Source of the DNA: a virus
Reading direction: 5' to 3' (one strand)
DNA length: 64,000 bases
IMG/VR virus record: IMGVR_UViG_3300046736_000122
Coordinates: 9,277-73,276 of that record
The first letter of the stretch is position 1. The number at the start of each line of letters is the position of its first letter. Under the pieces are notes generated by a model, which did no database searches, had not been told where the DNA came from, and saw only the letters and a program-made list of their open reading frames with translations. Both the position numbers and the translations under genes were made by a program. Positions 18,790 to 27,260 of this stretch are shown piece after piece.

Positions 18790-19208
18790 GGCGCCTTGCC
18801 GCTCGCACTGGCCTGCGCCCGCCGACGATCGCCATCGTCGTGATTCTGCTCGTCGGGCTGACAAGCGTCGCCGTCGTCACGACCGTGTTGCGCTCCATCG
18901 ACCGCAACGCCGAGGCGATCGAGGTCGGCTGCCTTGTCGTTGTGCAGGTCGTGCGCGACTCGGGCGCCAACAGCGGCAAGCCGGTGCAGACCAAGGCCGG
19001 GCGTGCGCAGGCACGCATCACGGCGAGGTTCTATGCGACCCTGCTTGGGCAGATGTCGCCGAAGAGTCGTCGCGCTGTGCTGCGCGATCAAGCGATCGTG
19101 CGTCGGGCGGGGGGCGCGATCCCGGAGCCGCAGTGCAAGCGGATCGCGGACGACCCGGACAAGGTTCGGCGCGATACGTTGCAGACGCAATCAACCCGGA
19201 GGCCGTGA
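18786..19208 (+). CDS. Membrane protein, N-terminal TM and two Cys
   Basis: TTGA overlap; IAIVVILLVGLTSVAVV. Confidence 0.6.
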   Translation: MRRLAARTGLRPPTIAIVVILLVGLTSVAVVTTVLRSIDRNAEAIEVGCLVVVQVVRDSGANSGKPVQTKAGRAQARITARFYATLLGQMSPKSRRAVLRDQAIVRRAGGAIPEPQCKRIADDPDKVRRDTLQTQSTRRP

Positions 19209-19332
19209 TGCATGACGCATACCGTTTGGCGCTGGATGCTTGGGATGTCCGGCACCTGATCCTGCTCGTGCCGATCCTGGTTGGGTACAGGGCTTGGCAG
19301 CGCGGCCGTGACGACAAGCGCTACCAGCGCAA

Positions 19333-19716
19333 GTGAGCACCGAACCGACCGACTACGAGCGCGGCGAGATCGCCGGCCGCGTCGCGCAACGGCTCGAGGC
19401 GCTGGAGAATGGCCAGGAGCGGATCAACGGCTCTGTCGCGGAGACAGCTCGGGCGTTGGGGACGCTTGCCGGGGCGGTGGAGGCGATGCGGCAGGACATC
19501 CGGATGGAGAAGGCGGCCGTGGTGGTGAAGGCGGCGACGTTGGAGAGCGCGGAGGATGCGCGCCGCGTGGTGCTGGCCGATGCTGTCGTCGCGACCGATC
19601 GCGAACGCACGGCGCACGATCGCAAGTGGAGCGTCCGGGAGCGGGTGCTTGGCGCGGTGGCTACTCTCGTCGCGCTTGCTTTGGCAGCGCTTGGGCTTGT
19701 CTCCTACTTCGGTTAG
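19333..19716 (+). CDS. Coiled-coil protein with C-terminal TM helix
   Basis: LEALENGQERINGSV..VLGAVATLVALALAALGLVSYFG. Confidence 0.7.
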   Translation: MSTEPTDYERGEIAGRVAQRLEALENGQERINGSVAETARALGTLAGAVEAMRQDIRMEKAAVVVKAATLESAEDARRVVLADAVVATDRERTAHDRKWSVRERVLGAVATLVALALAALGLVSYFG

Positions 19717-19755
19717 GGGGATCTGAGCCAGGACGTAGCGGAGCGCCGCCGGGTC

Positions 19756-19765
19756 TGCTAGGTTT
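19756..19765 (+). promoter_or_regulatory. Phage promoter motif TGCTAGGTTT
   Basis: Shares TCTGCTAGGTTTGGC..CGTAGCCA with the 23831 copy. Confidence 0.6.
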
Positions 19766-19870
19766 GGCGGCACGTAGCCAATCCTGGAGGGCAGTCATGC
19801 CGATGTTGATGATGTTGAGCCGCGCCGTGCGCCGTGTCCCGTTGGACTGGCAGCACCCAGTGGCGCGGCC

Positions 19871-20341
19871 ATGAGCATCTACGCCACGTGGCTGTCCCTG
19901 AGCGCCGACGATCACGAGGACGGCTGCGCGGTCTACGTCGAGGATCCGCCCGGCTCGCACTGCTTCGAGTTCAGCGGCAAGCCGTGCGATTGTGGCACGC
20001 CGCGAGCACCACTCGTCTACGAGGGCTCACACGTGCTGCCGTCGAATGCCGATCGCCGTGGCGGGTGCATCGACGTGGCCGGGATACCGGACTTCATCGA
20101 GCGCGACGGTCGCGACGACGCCAAGGGCTCGGGGCTGAAGGATTGGCTACGGCTGTCTGTGATGAACGAGGAGTCAACGCTGCAGTACGAGGGCAAGTCA
20201 TACGTGCGTGGCGGCGACGCGGCCGTGGTGTTGGATCGCCGTGGCGTAGAGGAACTGCGCGACACGCTGACAGCGTGGCTTGACCGCGAGTCGATACCAG
20301 ACGAGAGGGAGTGCCCCGAGTGTGTCGAGGCGCGACAGTGA
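19871..20341 (+). CDS. Hypothetical protein
   Basis: Starts in CGGCCATGA; YEGSHVLP..IPDFI..WLRLSV. Confidence 0.7.
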   Translation: MSIYATWLSLSADDHEDGCAVYVEDPPGSHCFEFSGKPCDCGTPRAPLVYEGSHVLPSNADRRGGCIDVAGIPDFIERDGRDDAKGSGLKDWLRLSVMNEESTLQYEGKSYVRGGDAAVVLDRRGVEELRDTLTAWLDRESIPDERECPECVEARQ

Positions 20342-21507
20342 ACCGCTGCTACCGCTTCAGGATCTACCCGACCGCCGCGCAGGCCGCCTCCCTCGATGTC
20401 CAACTCGGTGCGTGCTGCGATCTCTACAACGCCGCGCTCGAGCAACGCATTCGCGCGTACCGCGAGCACGGCGTCTCGCTCACCCGCTATGACCAACATA
20501 AGGAACTGACGCAAGTTCGTGCGGCGGGCCTGTTGCCCGCCGATATGAGCGTGTTGGCGCAACGCAGCGCCCTTGATCGCCTCGACCTTGCAATGGCAGC
20601 GTTCTTTCGGCGTGTGGCAGCAGGGCAGACGCCGGGGTTCCCACGCTTTCGCTCGCGTTCTCGCTACGACTCAATCACATGGCCCGATGGCTTGGGCGCA
20701 GGCATAAGGAACGGCCGAGTAGGGCTGCGCGGTGTCGGTTCGGTGCGTGTTCGGTGGCATCGCGAGATCCCCGACGGAGCGGACATCCGGACTATCACGG
20801 TCAAGCGCTCGTGTGGCCGGTGGTATGTCATCGTTGCGGCTCGTGTGTGCGATCTAGTGCCGAAGCCGGCGACGGGCCGCAGTGTCGGCGTCGATCGTGG
20901 CGTCAGCATCCCCTACGCGCTCTCGACGGCAGCGCTGCTTGAAGGGCACGTGCGCAGCCCGACCACTGTTCGTCGCTGCCAGCGAAAGGTGACAAGGCGT
21001 CAGAAGGGCTCAGTTCGCCGCACCAAAGCGATACGTCTGCTCGCGCGGCAGCGTGAGCAGGAGGCCAACCGTCGCCGAGACTACGCGCACAAACTCAGTC
21101 GGAGCCTCGTCAACGACTTCGATCTGATCGCATTCGAGGATCTGAATGTCGGTGGAATGACGCGCTCGGCTCGCGGTACCGTAGCCGCGCCTGGCCGCAA
21201 CGTTCGCCAGAAGGCTGGGCTGAATCGCGAGATCCTTGACCAGGGATGGTCACTTCTGCTTCAACTGACGACCTACAAAGCGGAAGAAGCTGGTAGGCAC
21301 GTCGTTCTCGTCAACCCGGCGTACACGTCGCAGACGTGTCATGTATGCGGGCTGAACGACAGGGCGTCGCGTCGCGGCGTGCTCTTCCGCTGCACGGGCT
21401 GCGGCCACGAAGACCACGCTGACATCAACGCGGCTAAGAACATCGAGAGGGCCGGGCTGGCCCTTCAGGCGTCAACGGTAGGAGAAGAAGTCCATGCCGT
21501 CGCCTGA
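20338..21507 (+). CDS. tnpB: IS200/IS605-family TnpB RNA-guided endonuclease
   Basis: YRFRIYPT N-terminus, GFPRFRS, RuvC VGVDRG / IAFEDL / ADINAAKNI, YTSQTCHVCG Zn ribbon. Confidence 0.93.
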   Translation: MNRCYRFRIYPTAAQAASLDVQLGACCDLYNAALEQRIRAYREHGVSLTRYDQHKELTQVRAAGLLPADMSVLAQRSALDRLDLAMAAFFRRVAAGQTPGFPRFRSRSRYDSITWPDGLGAGIRNGRVGLRGVGSVRVRWHREIPDGADIRTITVKRSCGRWYVIVAARVCDLVPKPATGRSVGVDRGVSIPYALSTAALLEGHVRSPTTVRRCQRKVTRRQKGSVRRTKAIRLLARQREQEANRRRDYAHKLSRSLVNDFDLIAFEDLNVGGMTRSARGTVAAPGRNVRQKAGLNREILDQGWSLLLQLTTYKAEEAGRHVVLVNPAYTSQTCHVCGLNDRASRRGVLFRCTGCGHEDHADINAAKNIERAGLALQASTVGEEVHAVA

Positions 21508-21550
21508 GAAGGGGATGCACCACCCTCAAGCCACCGCAACGGATGGTGGC
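21440..21550 (+). ncRNA. Putative omegaRNA (reRNA) scaffold overlapping tnpB 3' end; boundaries approximate
   Basis: Stems AGGGCC/GGCCCT and TCAGGCG..ACGG / CCGT..CGCCTGA; TCAA at 21526-29. Confidence 0.45.
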
Positions 21551-21709
21551 GGCTGGCGCTGCCGCCATGGCATCCACCGCTGGACCGTGATCCCGCAGAC
21601 GGTCCGCCGCGCCATGGCGACGGCCGGGTTCGGGCGCCCTGACTGGTACATCGGCCGGCGCGTCGATCCCTACTGCGAGCGTTGCGGGATCAAGCGGCGG
21701 CGGCCATGA
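21494..21709 (+). CDS. Hypothetical protein
   Basis: CRHGIHRW..CERCG motif; ends RP in CGGCCATGA. Confidence 0.55.
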   Translation: MPSPEKGMHHPQATATDGGGWRCRHGIHRWTVIPQTVRRAMATAGFGRPDWYIGRRVDPYCERCGIKRRRP

Positions 21710-21912
21710 TCGTCGTCGCGGCTCTCATCGTCCTGGCGTACGCGGCGGTCATGCTGCTCGTGTTCGCGTTGTGCCGGGTGGCCGCGGAGAGTGACCGGCA
21801 AACGGTGTGCGTGCCGTTGGCCGTGGTGAGGTCGGGCGAGGGAGGCTGCGACGAGGACCGCAACTCGGTTGCGGCTGATCTCGCTCGACCTGACCACGGA
21901 GCACGGCCGTGA
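21706..21912 (+). CDS. Small membrane protein
   Basis: MIVVAALIVLAYAAVMLLVFALC TM; coupled at both ends. Confidence 0.6.
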   Translation: MIVVAALIVLAYAAVMLLVFALCRVAAESDRQTVCVPLAVVRSGEGGCDEDRNSVAADLARPDHGARP

Positions 21913-22208
21913 CGCGCGAAGAAGCGCGGATTGTGCTGCTCGAAGCCGTGCTCGATCAGGCGGTGCACCTGATCGAGTTTCTGCATGGCTGCCTGACGAG
22001 CGACGACATCTACGAATACGCGTATCCCGAGCAGACGTTGGCGAAGGTGGCGAGCGCTCGTGAGCTCGTGCCGGAGCGGCCGGTGTGTGTGCATGGGCGA
22101 CGGGATCCGGGGTGCGCGTCGTGCGTGTTTCACGTGGCGGAGCGTGGGCGGCAGGCTGAGGCGCGAGCAGTGCTGGGTGACGACTTCGACGGTGCGGTGC
22201 GGCCATGA
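21909..22208 (+). CDS. Hypothetical protein
   Basis: Coupled at both ends. Confidence 0.6.
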   Translation: MTREEARIVLLEAVLDQAVHLIEFLHGCLTSDDIYEYAYPEQTLAKVASARELVPERPVCVHGRRDPGCASCVFHVAERGRQAEARAVLGDDFDGAVRP

Positions 22209-22490
22209 ACTTCGACCGGACGCCAGCGGAGCGCCGCGCCGACGAACTGAGCGCCGAGGTTCGACGGCTACAAGCCATGGCGTGCCCAACGGATCAATGC
22301 CGCGCGCGCTTGGCCGCGGCGATCGTGGCGCGTGACCGTGCGTGGCGGGTTGTCCATGAGATGCGGCAGGGCAGGCGATGATGGAGCGACGGTCGGCCGC
22401 GCACACGCAGGGGTCCGGGGGCTGCGGCCGACCGCCTGCCGTCAAGTCAGGGCGTAGCCGAAGCCAAGACGGTCCTGCGAAGGGTACGCG

Positions 22491-22841
22491 GTGAGCGACA
22501 TTGCCGCGGCGGCCAAAGCCCTGAAGGATCGTCACGCGGCTCTCCTGCGCCCCGAGCGGCCCGCGGCGACCGCTCGGCAGGCGGAGGGCAGGCGGAGGGC
22601 GGCGGAGAGGCTTGACGTGGCTCGTGAGCGGTTGCAGGGCGGCCCGCGGCCAGACGCACCGCAACTCACGCTAGACCTTGGCCGCGGCGCGATCCCGGAA
22701 CTGCGCGCCGATCTGAGGGCGCACCACTCCAAGCGCTGCGACTGCCACAAGCCGGCGGGTTCTGTGCCGTGCGCATCGTGTCCGTTTACGACAGCGCAAC
22801 CCGGTACGCGGCGGCCAAGCAACACGGATCTCGGGCTATGA
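22491..22841 (+). CDS. Hypothetical protein
   Basis: ATGA-coupled to the methyltransferase. Confidence 0.5.
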   Translation: MSDIAAAAKALKDRHAALLRPERPAATARQAEGRRRAAERLDVARERLQGGPRPDAPQLTLDLGRGAIPELRADLRAHHSKRCDCHKPAGSVPCASCPFTTAQPGTRRPSNTDLGL

Positions 22842-23533
22842 GGCCGCTGCTGCTCGATCTGTTCTGCGGCGCCGGCGGGTGCGCTCGCGGCTACCAGCGC
22901 GCGGGCTTCCGCGTCGTCGGCGTGGACAATCGGCCGCAGCCACGGTACGCGGGCGACGAGTTCCACCAGGCGGACGCGCTCGACGTGCTGCGCCACCTGC
23001 TCGCGGGTGAGGTCTGGCAGGGCTACCGGCTGAGCGACTTCGCGGCGATCCACGCGTCGCCACCGTGCCAGGCGTTCACCATCGCGCAGAACGCGAGCAA
23101 GAACGCCGACGCGCACCCCGACCTTGTGACGCCAATCCGCCCGATGCTGGTCGCGTCCGGCCTGCCCTACGTCATCGAGAACGTGCCCGGCGCTCCGCTC
23201 TTCAACGCGATCACGTTGTGCGGAACGTCGTTTGGCTTGGCGCACGACGGGTTCGAGCTTCGCCGCCATCGGCTGTTCGAGAGCAACGCACCGATCATGG
23301 CGCTCGGCTGCCAGCATCGCCTACCGGCCGCGCCCGTGTTCGGACACAACGCGGGCAGCGACTTCGTGAGGCGCTACGGACGCGGATTCCACGCCGCCGC
23401 CAAAGCCGCAGTTATGGACATCGACTGGATGAACCGCGACGAGGTTTCCGAGTCCGTGCCGCCGGCGATGGCGGAGCACGTCGGCGGCTACCTCATGGCC
23501 GAGGTCGTCGCACGGCGAGCGGTGCTCCCATGA
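22838..23533 (+). CDS. C5 cytosine DNA methyltransferase (short)
   Basis: LDLFCGAGG, ASPPCQ, IENV, RRHRLFE. Confidence 0.9.
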   Translation: MRPLLLDLFCGAGGCARGYQRAGFRVVGVDNRPQPRYAGDEFHQADALDVLRHLLAGEVWQGYRLSDFAAIHASPPCQAFTIAQNASKNADAHPDLVTPIRPMLVASGLPYVIENVPGAPLFNAITLCGTSFGLAHDGFELRRHRLFESNAPIMALGCQHRLPAAPVFGHNAGSDFVRRYGRGFHAAAKAAVMDIDWMNRDEVSESVPPAMAEHVGGYLMAEVVARRAVLP

Positions 23534-23808
23534 CGTTCTTCTGCGCGGCATGCGTAACGTGCTGGGATCCGTACATGTGCGCGAACGGCGCGTGCCCGGA
23601 ATGCAAGACCGGGACGCGACGGACGCATGAGCCGGCGAGCCCGGACGCGGATGTGCGTTACCGGGCGGTCGTGGCGGTGCGTGTCGCGGATGCTGGCCGT
23701 GCGCGTGCGGCGGCGGGGTTTGAGGCGTTCTGCGCGGAGCGGGATGCGGCAGCGCTTGATGCGTTGGAGTTGTTGGCGGGGTTGCCGACGTTCGATCCGG
23801 AGGCTTGA
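23530..23808 (+). CDS. Zn-ribbon hypothetical protein
   Basis: ATGA-coupled; CAAC..CPEC. Confidence 0.55.
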   Translation: MTFFCAACVTCWDPYMCANGACPECKTGTRRTHEPASPDADVRYRAVVAVRVADAGRARAAAGFEAFCAERDAAALDALELLAGLPTFDPEA

Positions 23809-23842
23809 CGGGTTGTGCCGCGGCCCGGTGTCTGCTAGGTTT
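23805..23842 (+). promoter_or_regulatory. Phage promoter motif TGCTAGGTTT
   Basis: TGCTAGGTTT 23833-42; TTGACG at 23805; GAGAGGA RBS downstream. Confidence 0.6.
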
Positions 23843-23877
23843 GGCCGCGTAGCCACATCGACTGAGAGGACCCCGCA

Positions 23878-24582
23878 ATGCCCGCCACCGATAGCCCCGC
23901 AGGACGCATGGTCGCCGAGCGGTTCGAGCCGAACTCAGAGCACGGCCGCCCGAAGATCGCGTCGTTCACATCGCCCGAGGGCGCGATAGCGGTCCACTGC
24001 GACCGCGACGACGGCGCGCTGTGGCTGTTCGCCCACGGGCCATCCGGCGGCGATCGTGGCCGGCTCGTCTTTCCGCTGAGTCGCGCTGCCGATCTGCTCG
24101 CGTGGACGGAGGCGTCGGACGGGCTGATTTCGGGCGGCGCCCGGGGACGGATGGCTCTGCGTGACGGGAGGCTCATTGTCGGCGTTACGGGGTGGTCGCG
24201 AACGTTGAATCTGCCCTTCGGTGACGCGGCCGAGTTCCTGTTGTGCTTGCGCGAGTGGGCATTGGCTGACGAGTGGGCATTAGCGGCAGGCCCGGTTGAC
24301 GCGGCCGTGACCTCTTCTGAGCAGGACGAGATCATCGCCCGCGAAGCGCTGTGGACAGCGCGTATCGCCGACCTCCTTGATCGCGCCATCGACGAGTTGC
24401 GCAGCGGCGAGGACTTCATCGCGACCGTTTCCGCTGCGAACGCGGCATGCGACATCATGGCCGGCGCACTGCCCGAGGACGAGCTTGAGGCTTCGTGGTG
24501 GGGCGAATGCCCGGAATGCACCTGTCCTCCTGATCTCGTGGCCCGCGGCGGCTTCACAAGCGGGTGTCTGGCATGCCGATGA
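23878..24582 (+). CDS. Hypothetical protein
   Basis: RBS GAGAGGA; C-terminal CPECTC. Confidence 0.7.
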   Translation: MPATDSPAGRMVAERFEPNSEHGRPKIASFTSPEGAIAVHCDRDDGALWLFAHGPSGGDRGRLVFPLSRAADLLAWTEASDGLISGGARGRMALRDGRLIVGVTGWSRTLNLPFGDAAEFLLCLREWALADEWALAAGPVDAAVTSSEQDEIIAREALWTARIADLLDRAIDELRSGEDFIATVSAANAACDIMAGALPEDELEASWWGECPECTCPPDLVARGGFTSGCLACR

Positions 24583-24881
24583 CCACGTCAGAGCAGGACA
24601 AGATCATGGAGGCCCTCGCCGCTGAGCATGGTGCGGTGAAGGTGTTGCCGTTGCGCGGCACGACCGCTGTACTCGCATGCGGCTGGGCAGTTGACTCCGA
24701 CTCCCTGTGCGCGGAGTTGGCTCGCGGCCCGTGGTGGTACGTCCCGGCTGACCCTGCGACCGCGCCAGCGTTCGCTCACGAGGACGAGGTGCCGTTGCGC
24801 TACGCCACCGAGCAGGAGATCGCGGACGCGCTCGAGCAGGACGCGGTCCGTGAGCTTCTGTCGGCCGCGGGACTACGCTGA
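24579..24881 (+). CDS. Hypothetical protein
   Basis: ATGA overlap at 24579; ends SAAGLR. Confidence 0.6.
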   Translation: MTTSEQDKIMEALAAEHGAVKVLPLRGTTAVLACGWAVDSDSLCAELARGPWWYVPADPATAPAFAHEDEVPLRYATEQEIADALEQDAVRELLSAAGLR

Positions 24882-25092
24882 TGCCGACCGGTGGACGCAG
24901 CAGGCGTGACACAGCGAACCAGACCGCGGCGAAAATACGCAGCGCTGAGCGACGCAAGTGCCCGAAGTGCGACCGCAAAGCGGCGATGGTTCGCGTCGAG
25001 CCGCCGGTGCTGAAGGCGGAGTGGCCGGGCTCGGTGTCCGCGTACTGCCGCTGGTGCGGGCATGAGCGGTTCCGGTCGGCCGCGGGACTACG
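24860..25092 (+). repeat. 18-bp direct repeats GTCGGCCGCGGGACTACG bracketing one gene
   Basis: Copies at 24860-24877 and 25075-25092. Confidence 0.85.
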
Positions 25093-25099
25093 GCCATGA
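24881..25099 (+). CDS. Zn-ribbon protein
   Basis: CPKC..CRWCG; ends SAAGLRP. Confidence 0.65.
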   Translation: MPTGGRSRRDTANQTAAKIRSAERRKCPKCDRKAAMVRVEPPVLKAEWPGSVSAYCRWCGHERFRSAAGLRP

Positions 25100-25308
25100 G
25101 CACCGATGGACCTCGCAGTCGCGTTTTCCGTCAGGTCGTGTCGATGGAGGTCGTCTGGACCGTCGATCCCGGCGAGGAGTTGCCGCACACAGACTGGGAA
25201 GCTGATGTCCGAGATGCGGTGCTCGGCCACTCGATCGGGCCCGGCACGGCGGTACTGCCCTGCTACGGCTCGGTGTCCGAGGTCGAAGAGCTTGAGCCGC
25301 GGCCATGA
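25096..25308 (+). CDS. Hypothetical protein
   Basis: CGGCCATGA at both ends. Confidence 0.6.
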   Translation: MSTDGPRSRVFRQVVSMEVVWTVDPGEELPHTDWEADVRDAVLGHSIGPGTAVLPCYGSVSEVEELEPRP

Positions 25309-25535
25309 CCATCGTTCACTGCTCAGGCGACGAGGCACGCGACGCACGCGACAACACGATGGGTGCCGAGGACGACCGGCCGTCGTGGCGTGAGGCCGCG
25401 GCGGATGATCCGCATGTTGTGAGGGATGCGGAGCGCGCCTGCCATTCGGGTGTGTTCGTTGGCGGCTGGGAGTTGACGCATGCAGCGGCCCGCCGATGGG
25501 CTGACCGGAACGCGACGGGAGGCGACGATGCCTGA
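25305..25535 (+). CDS. Hypothetical protein
   Basis: Coupled start. Confidence 0.5.
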   Translation: MTIVHCSGDEARDARDNTMGAEDDRPSWREAAADDPHVVRDAERACHSGVFVGGWELTHAAARRWADRNATGGDDA

Positions 25536-25715
25536 TGTCTACATCGTCGTGCGTGGCCGACGCGTCGGCCACGCGTGGGTCGAGTCAACGATCTTCAACG
25601 ACGCGTGGATTTCGCATGGTGACGCGGACGGGGTAGGCACGGTCACCGAGATCCGTGTGCAACGACTGGTGCTCCGTCCCGACTTGGGGCTGGCGCCGCA
25701 TGAGGACCCGCGGCC

Positions 25716-25976
25716 ATGATCCCGAACCGCGACTACGGTCAGCCGCCGCCCGGCGGCATGGTGTACACGCCCGAGCAGACCGCGGACTTTGCTGCGGCAG
25801 CGAAGGCGCGCGAGATGGCCGCGGTGCTAGGCCGGTATGCGTCCAACCGCGAGTTCGCGGGCCGGGGGGAAGTGGAGGCGCCTCGTTCTGCTGCGGTCGC
25901 CCGTGCTGACGCTCGCGCGGCCCTCCATCTGCATCCCGAGCTACTCGCGATCCTCGAAGGCGGCGGGGTGGAGTAG
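25716..25976 (+). CDS. Hypothetical protein
   Basis: Starts in CGGCCATGA. Confidence 0.55.
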   Translation: MIPNRDYGQPPPGGMVYTPEQTADFAAAAKAREMAAVLGRYASNREFAGRGEVEAPRSAAVARADARAALHLHPELLAILEGGGVE

Positions 25977-26189
25977 ATGGCTACGTGCGCTGGATGCCCG
26001 GCCGAACTGCCGCCAGACAAGATCAACCCGCTGACCGGTGTCGTTGCCAACCCACGTAAGTGGCATTCCGAGGCATGCCGGCGCCGCACGTTGTACGCCG
26101 GGCGATGCATCGCCTGCGGTAAGCCGACGGACGGCAGCAATGGGCGCGGCTTACGACGCGGGGCTTGTCATCGCGGCCCTCTTCCCTGA
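25977..26189 (+). CDS. Zn-finger hypothetical protein
   Basis: CAGC..HSEACRR..CIACG. Confidence 0.55.
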   Translation: MATCAGCPAELPPDKINPLTGVVANPRKWHSEACRRRTLYAGRCIACGKPTDGSNGRGLRRGACHRGPLP

Positions 26190-26203
26190 AGGCGAGGCGA
26201 CCG

Positions 26204-26962
26204 ATGGCGAGTGACCCGGAGGACCGCTGGACCTGCGTCGATCACGGCATCGCCGACTGCGAGGACTGTGGCCAGTGGCACGACGCGGCCAAGGCGGCCT
26301 CAAGCGACTACGAATGCCATATCTCGGCCCTTACGGCCGAGCGAGACGCGGCCTCGGCGCGCGAGGACAGCTATCGCGGGGAAACGGATGTGTTGCGCGT
26401 GCGTCTCGACAAGGCCCGTGACGAGGCGCGTGTCGCCGAGGCCGATCGAGACGCGCTACGAGCCGACCTGGACGCGGCGCGCGAGGCGATCGCCGCCATC
26501 GATCCCGTGAGCGCCGCGGTGTTCCTGGCGCTGCGGGCGCAACGCGACACGGCGCAAGGGCAGGTCACCACCCTGCTTGAGGCCATCGCGGCCACCCAAA
26601 ACGGCCATGCAGATACCGCAGCGTACGCGCGAGCGCTGGGCAACCTGCGAGCTGTCGCGGCAGAGATCCGAGAGGTCATCGATCTGTGCGGTATGGCGGC
26701 GGAGGTTGAGTGCTGCTGCTCTAGCGATCGTTGCGACGATCTGCCGCGCGAGGCTGTAAGGTTCGCCGCGTGCAAGCACGCGCGGCAGTCAACAGGTCCA
26801 TCCGCGGCTGATGGCAGCCCCGATGAAACGGCCCACGCCGCCCGCGCGCATGGTCGCGCTGCTGGCGAAGGAGAAGGCGGAGATCCTCACATCGGGCTGC
26901 AAGCCGACGGTCACGGACTTCTACGAGGCGTGGGAGCGCTGTTGGGAGATCATCGTCCTTGA
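26204..26962 (+). CDS. Coiled-coil hypothetical protein (3' end uncertain)
   Basis: Heptad-rich core; last ~50 codons overlap the next ORF. Confidence 0.5.
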   Translation: MASDPEDRWTCVDHGIADCEDCGQWHDAAKAASSDYECHISALTAERDAASAREDSYRGETDVLRVRLDKARDEARVAEADRDALRADLDAAREAIAAIDPVSAAVFLALRAQRDTAQGQVTTLLEAIAATQNGHADTAAYARALGNLRAVAAEIREVIDLCGMAAEVECCCSSDRCDDLPREAVRFAACKHARQSTGPSAADGSPDETAHAARAHGRAAGEGEGGDPHIGLQADGHGLLRGVGALLGDHRP

Positions 26963-27260
26963 GCACGGCTGGGCTCATGCCACGCGGCTGAGGCGGTCGA
27001 TGCGTCAGGCACAGGACGAAACCAAGGAGGAGTGCTGCGCGGCGTTCCTCGGCGCACCGACGCCGTTCTCGTTCGCCGCGGGCCGGCTGGCGGGCGCGGC
27101 CAGCGGCATGTGCCTGGAGCTCGAACCCGAGCAACTCGGCAAAGCCCTACTCGCGGCCTTCGCGTACGTCGAGCTCGACCCCGACGACGAGGCGCTGTCG
27201 ATCCGGTCGTCCGACGCGGCTTACGACTTCGTGACCAACCGATCGGAGATCGCAGCATGA
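26811..27260 (+). CDS. Hypothetical protein
   Basis: Good GC3 bias; ATGA-coupled to next gene. Confidence 0.6.
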   Translation: MAAPMKRPTPPARMVALLAKEKAEILTSGCKPTVTDFYEAWERCWEIIVLEHGWAHATRLRRSMRQAQDETKEECCAAFLGAPTPFSFAAGRLAGAASGMCLELEPEQLGKALLAAFAYVELDPDDEALSIRSSDAAYDFVTNRSEIAA

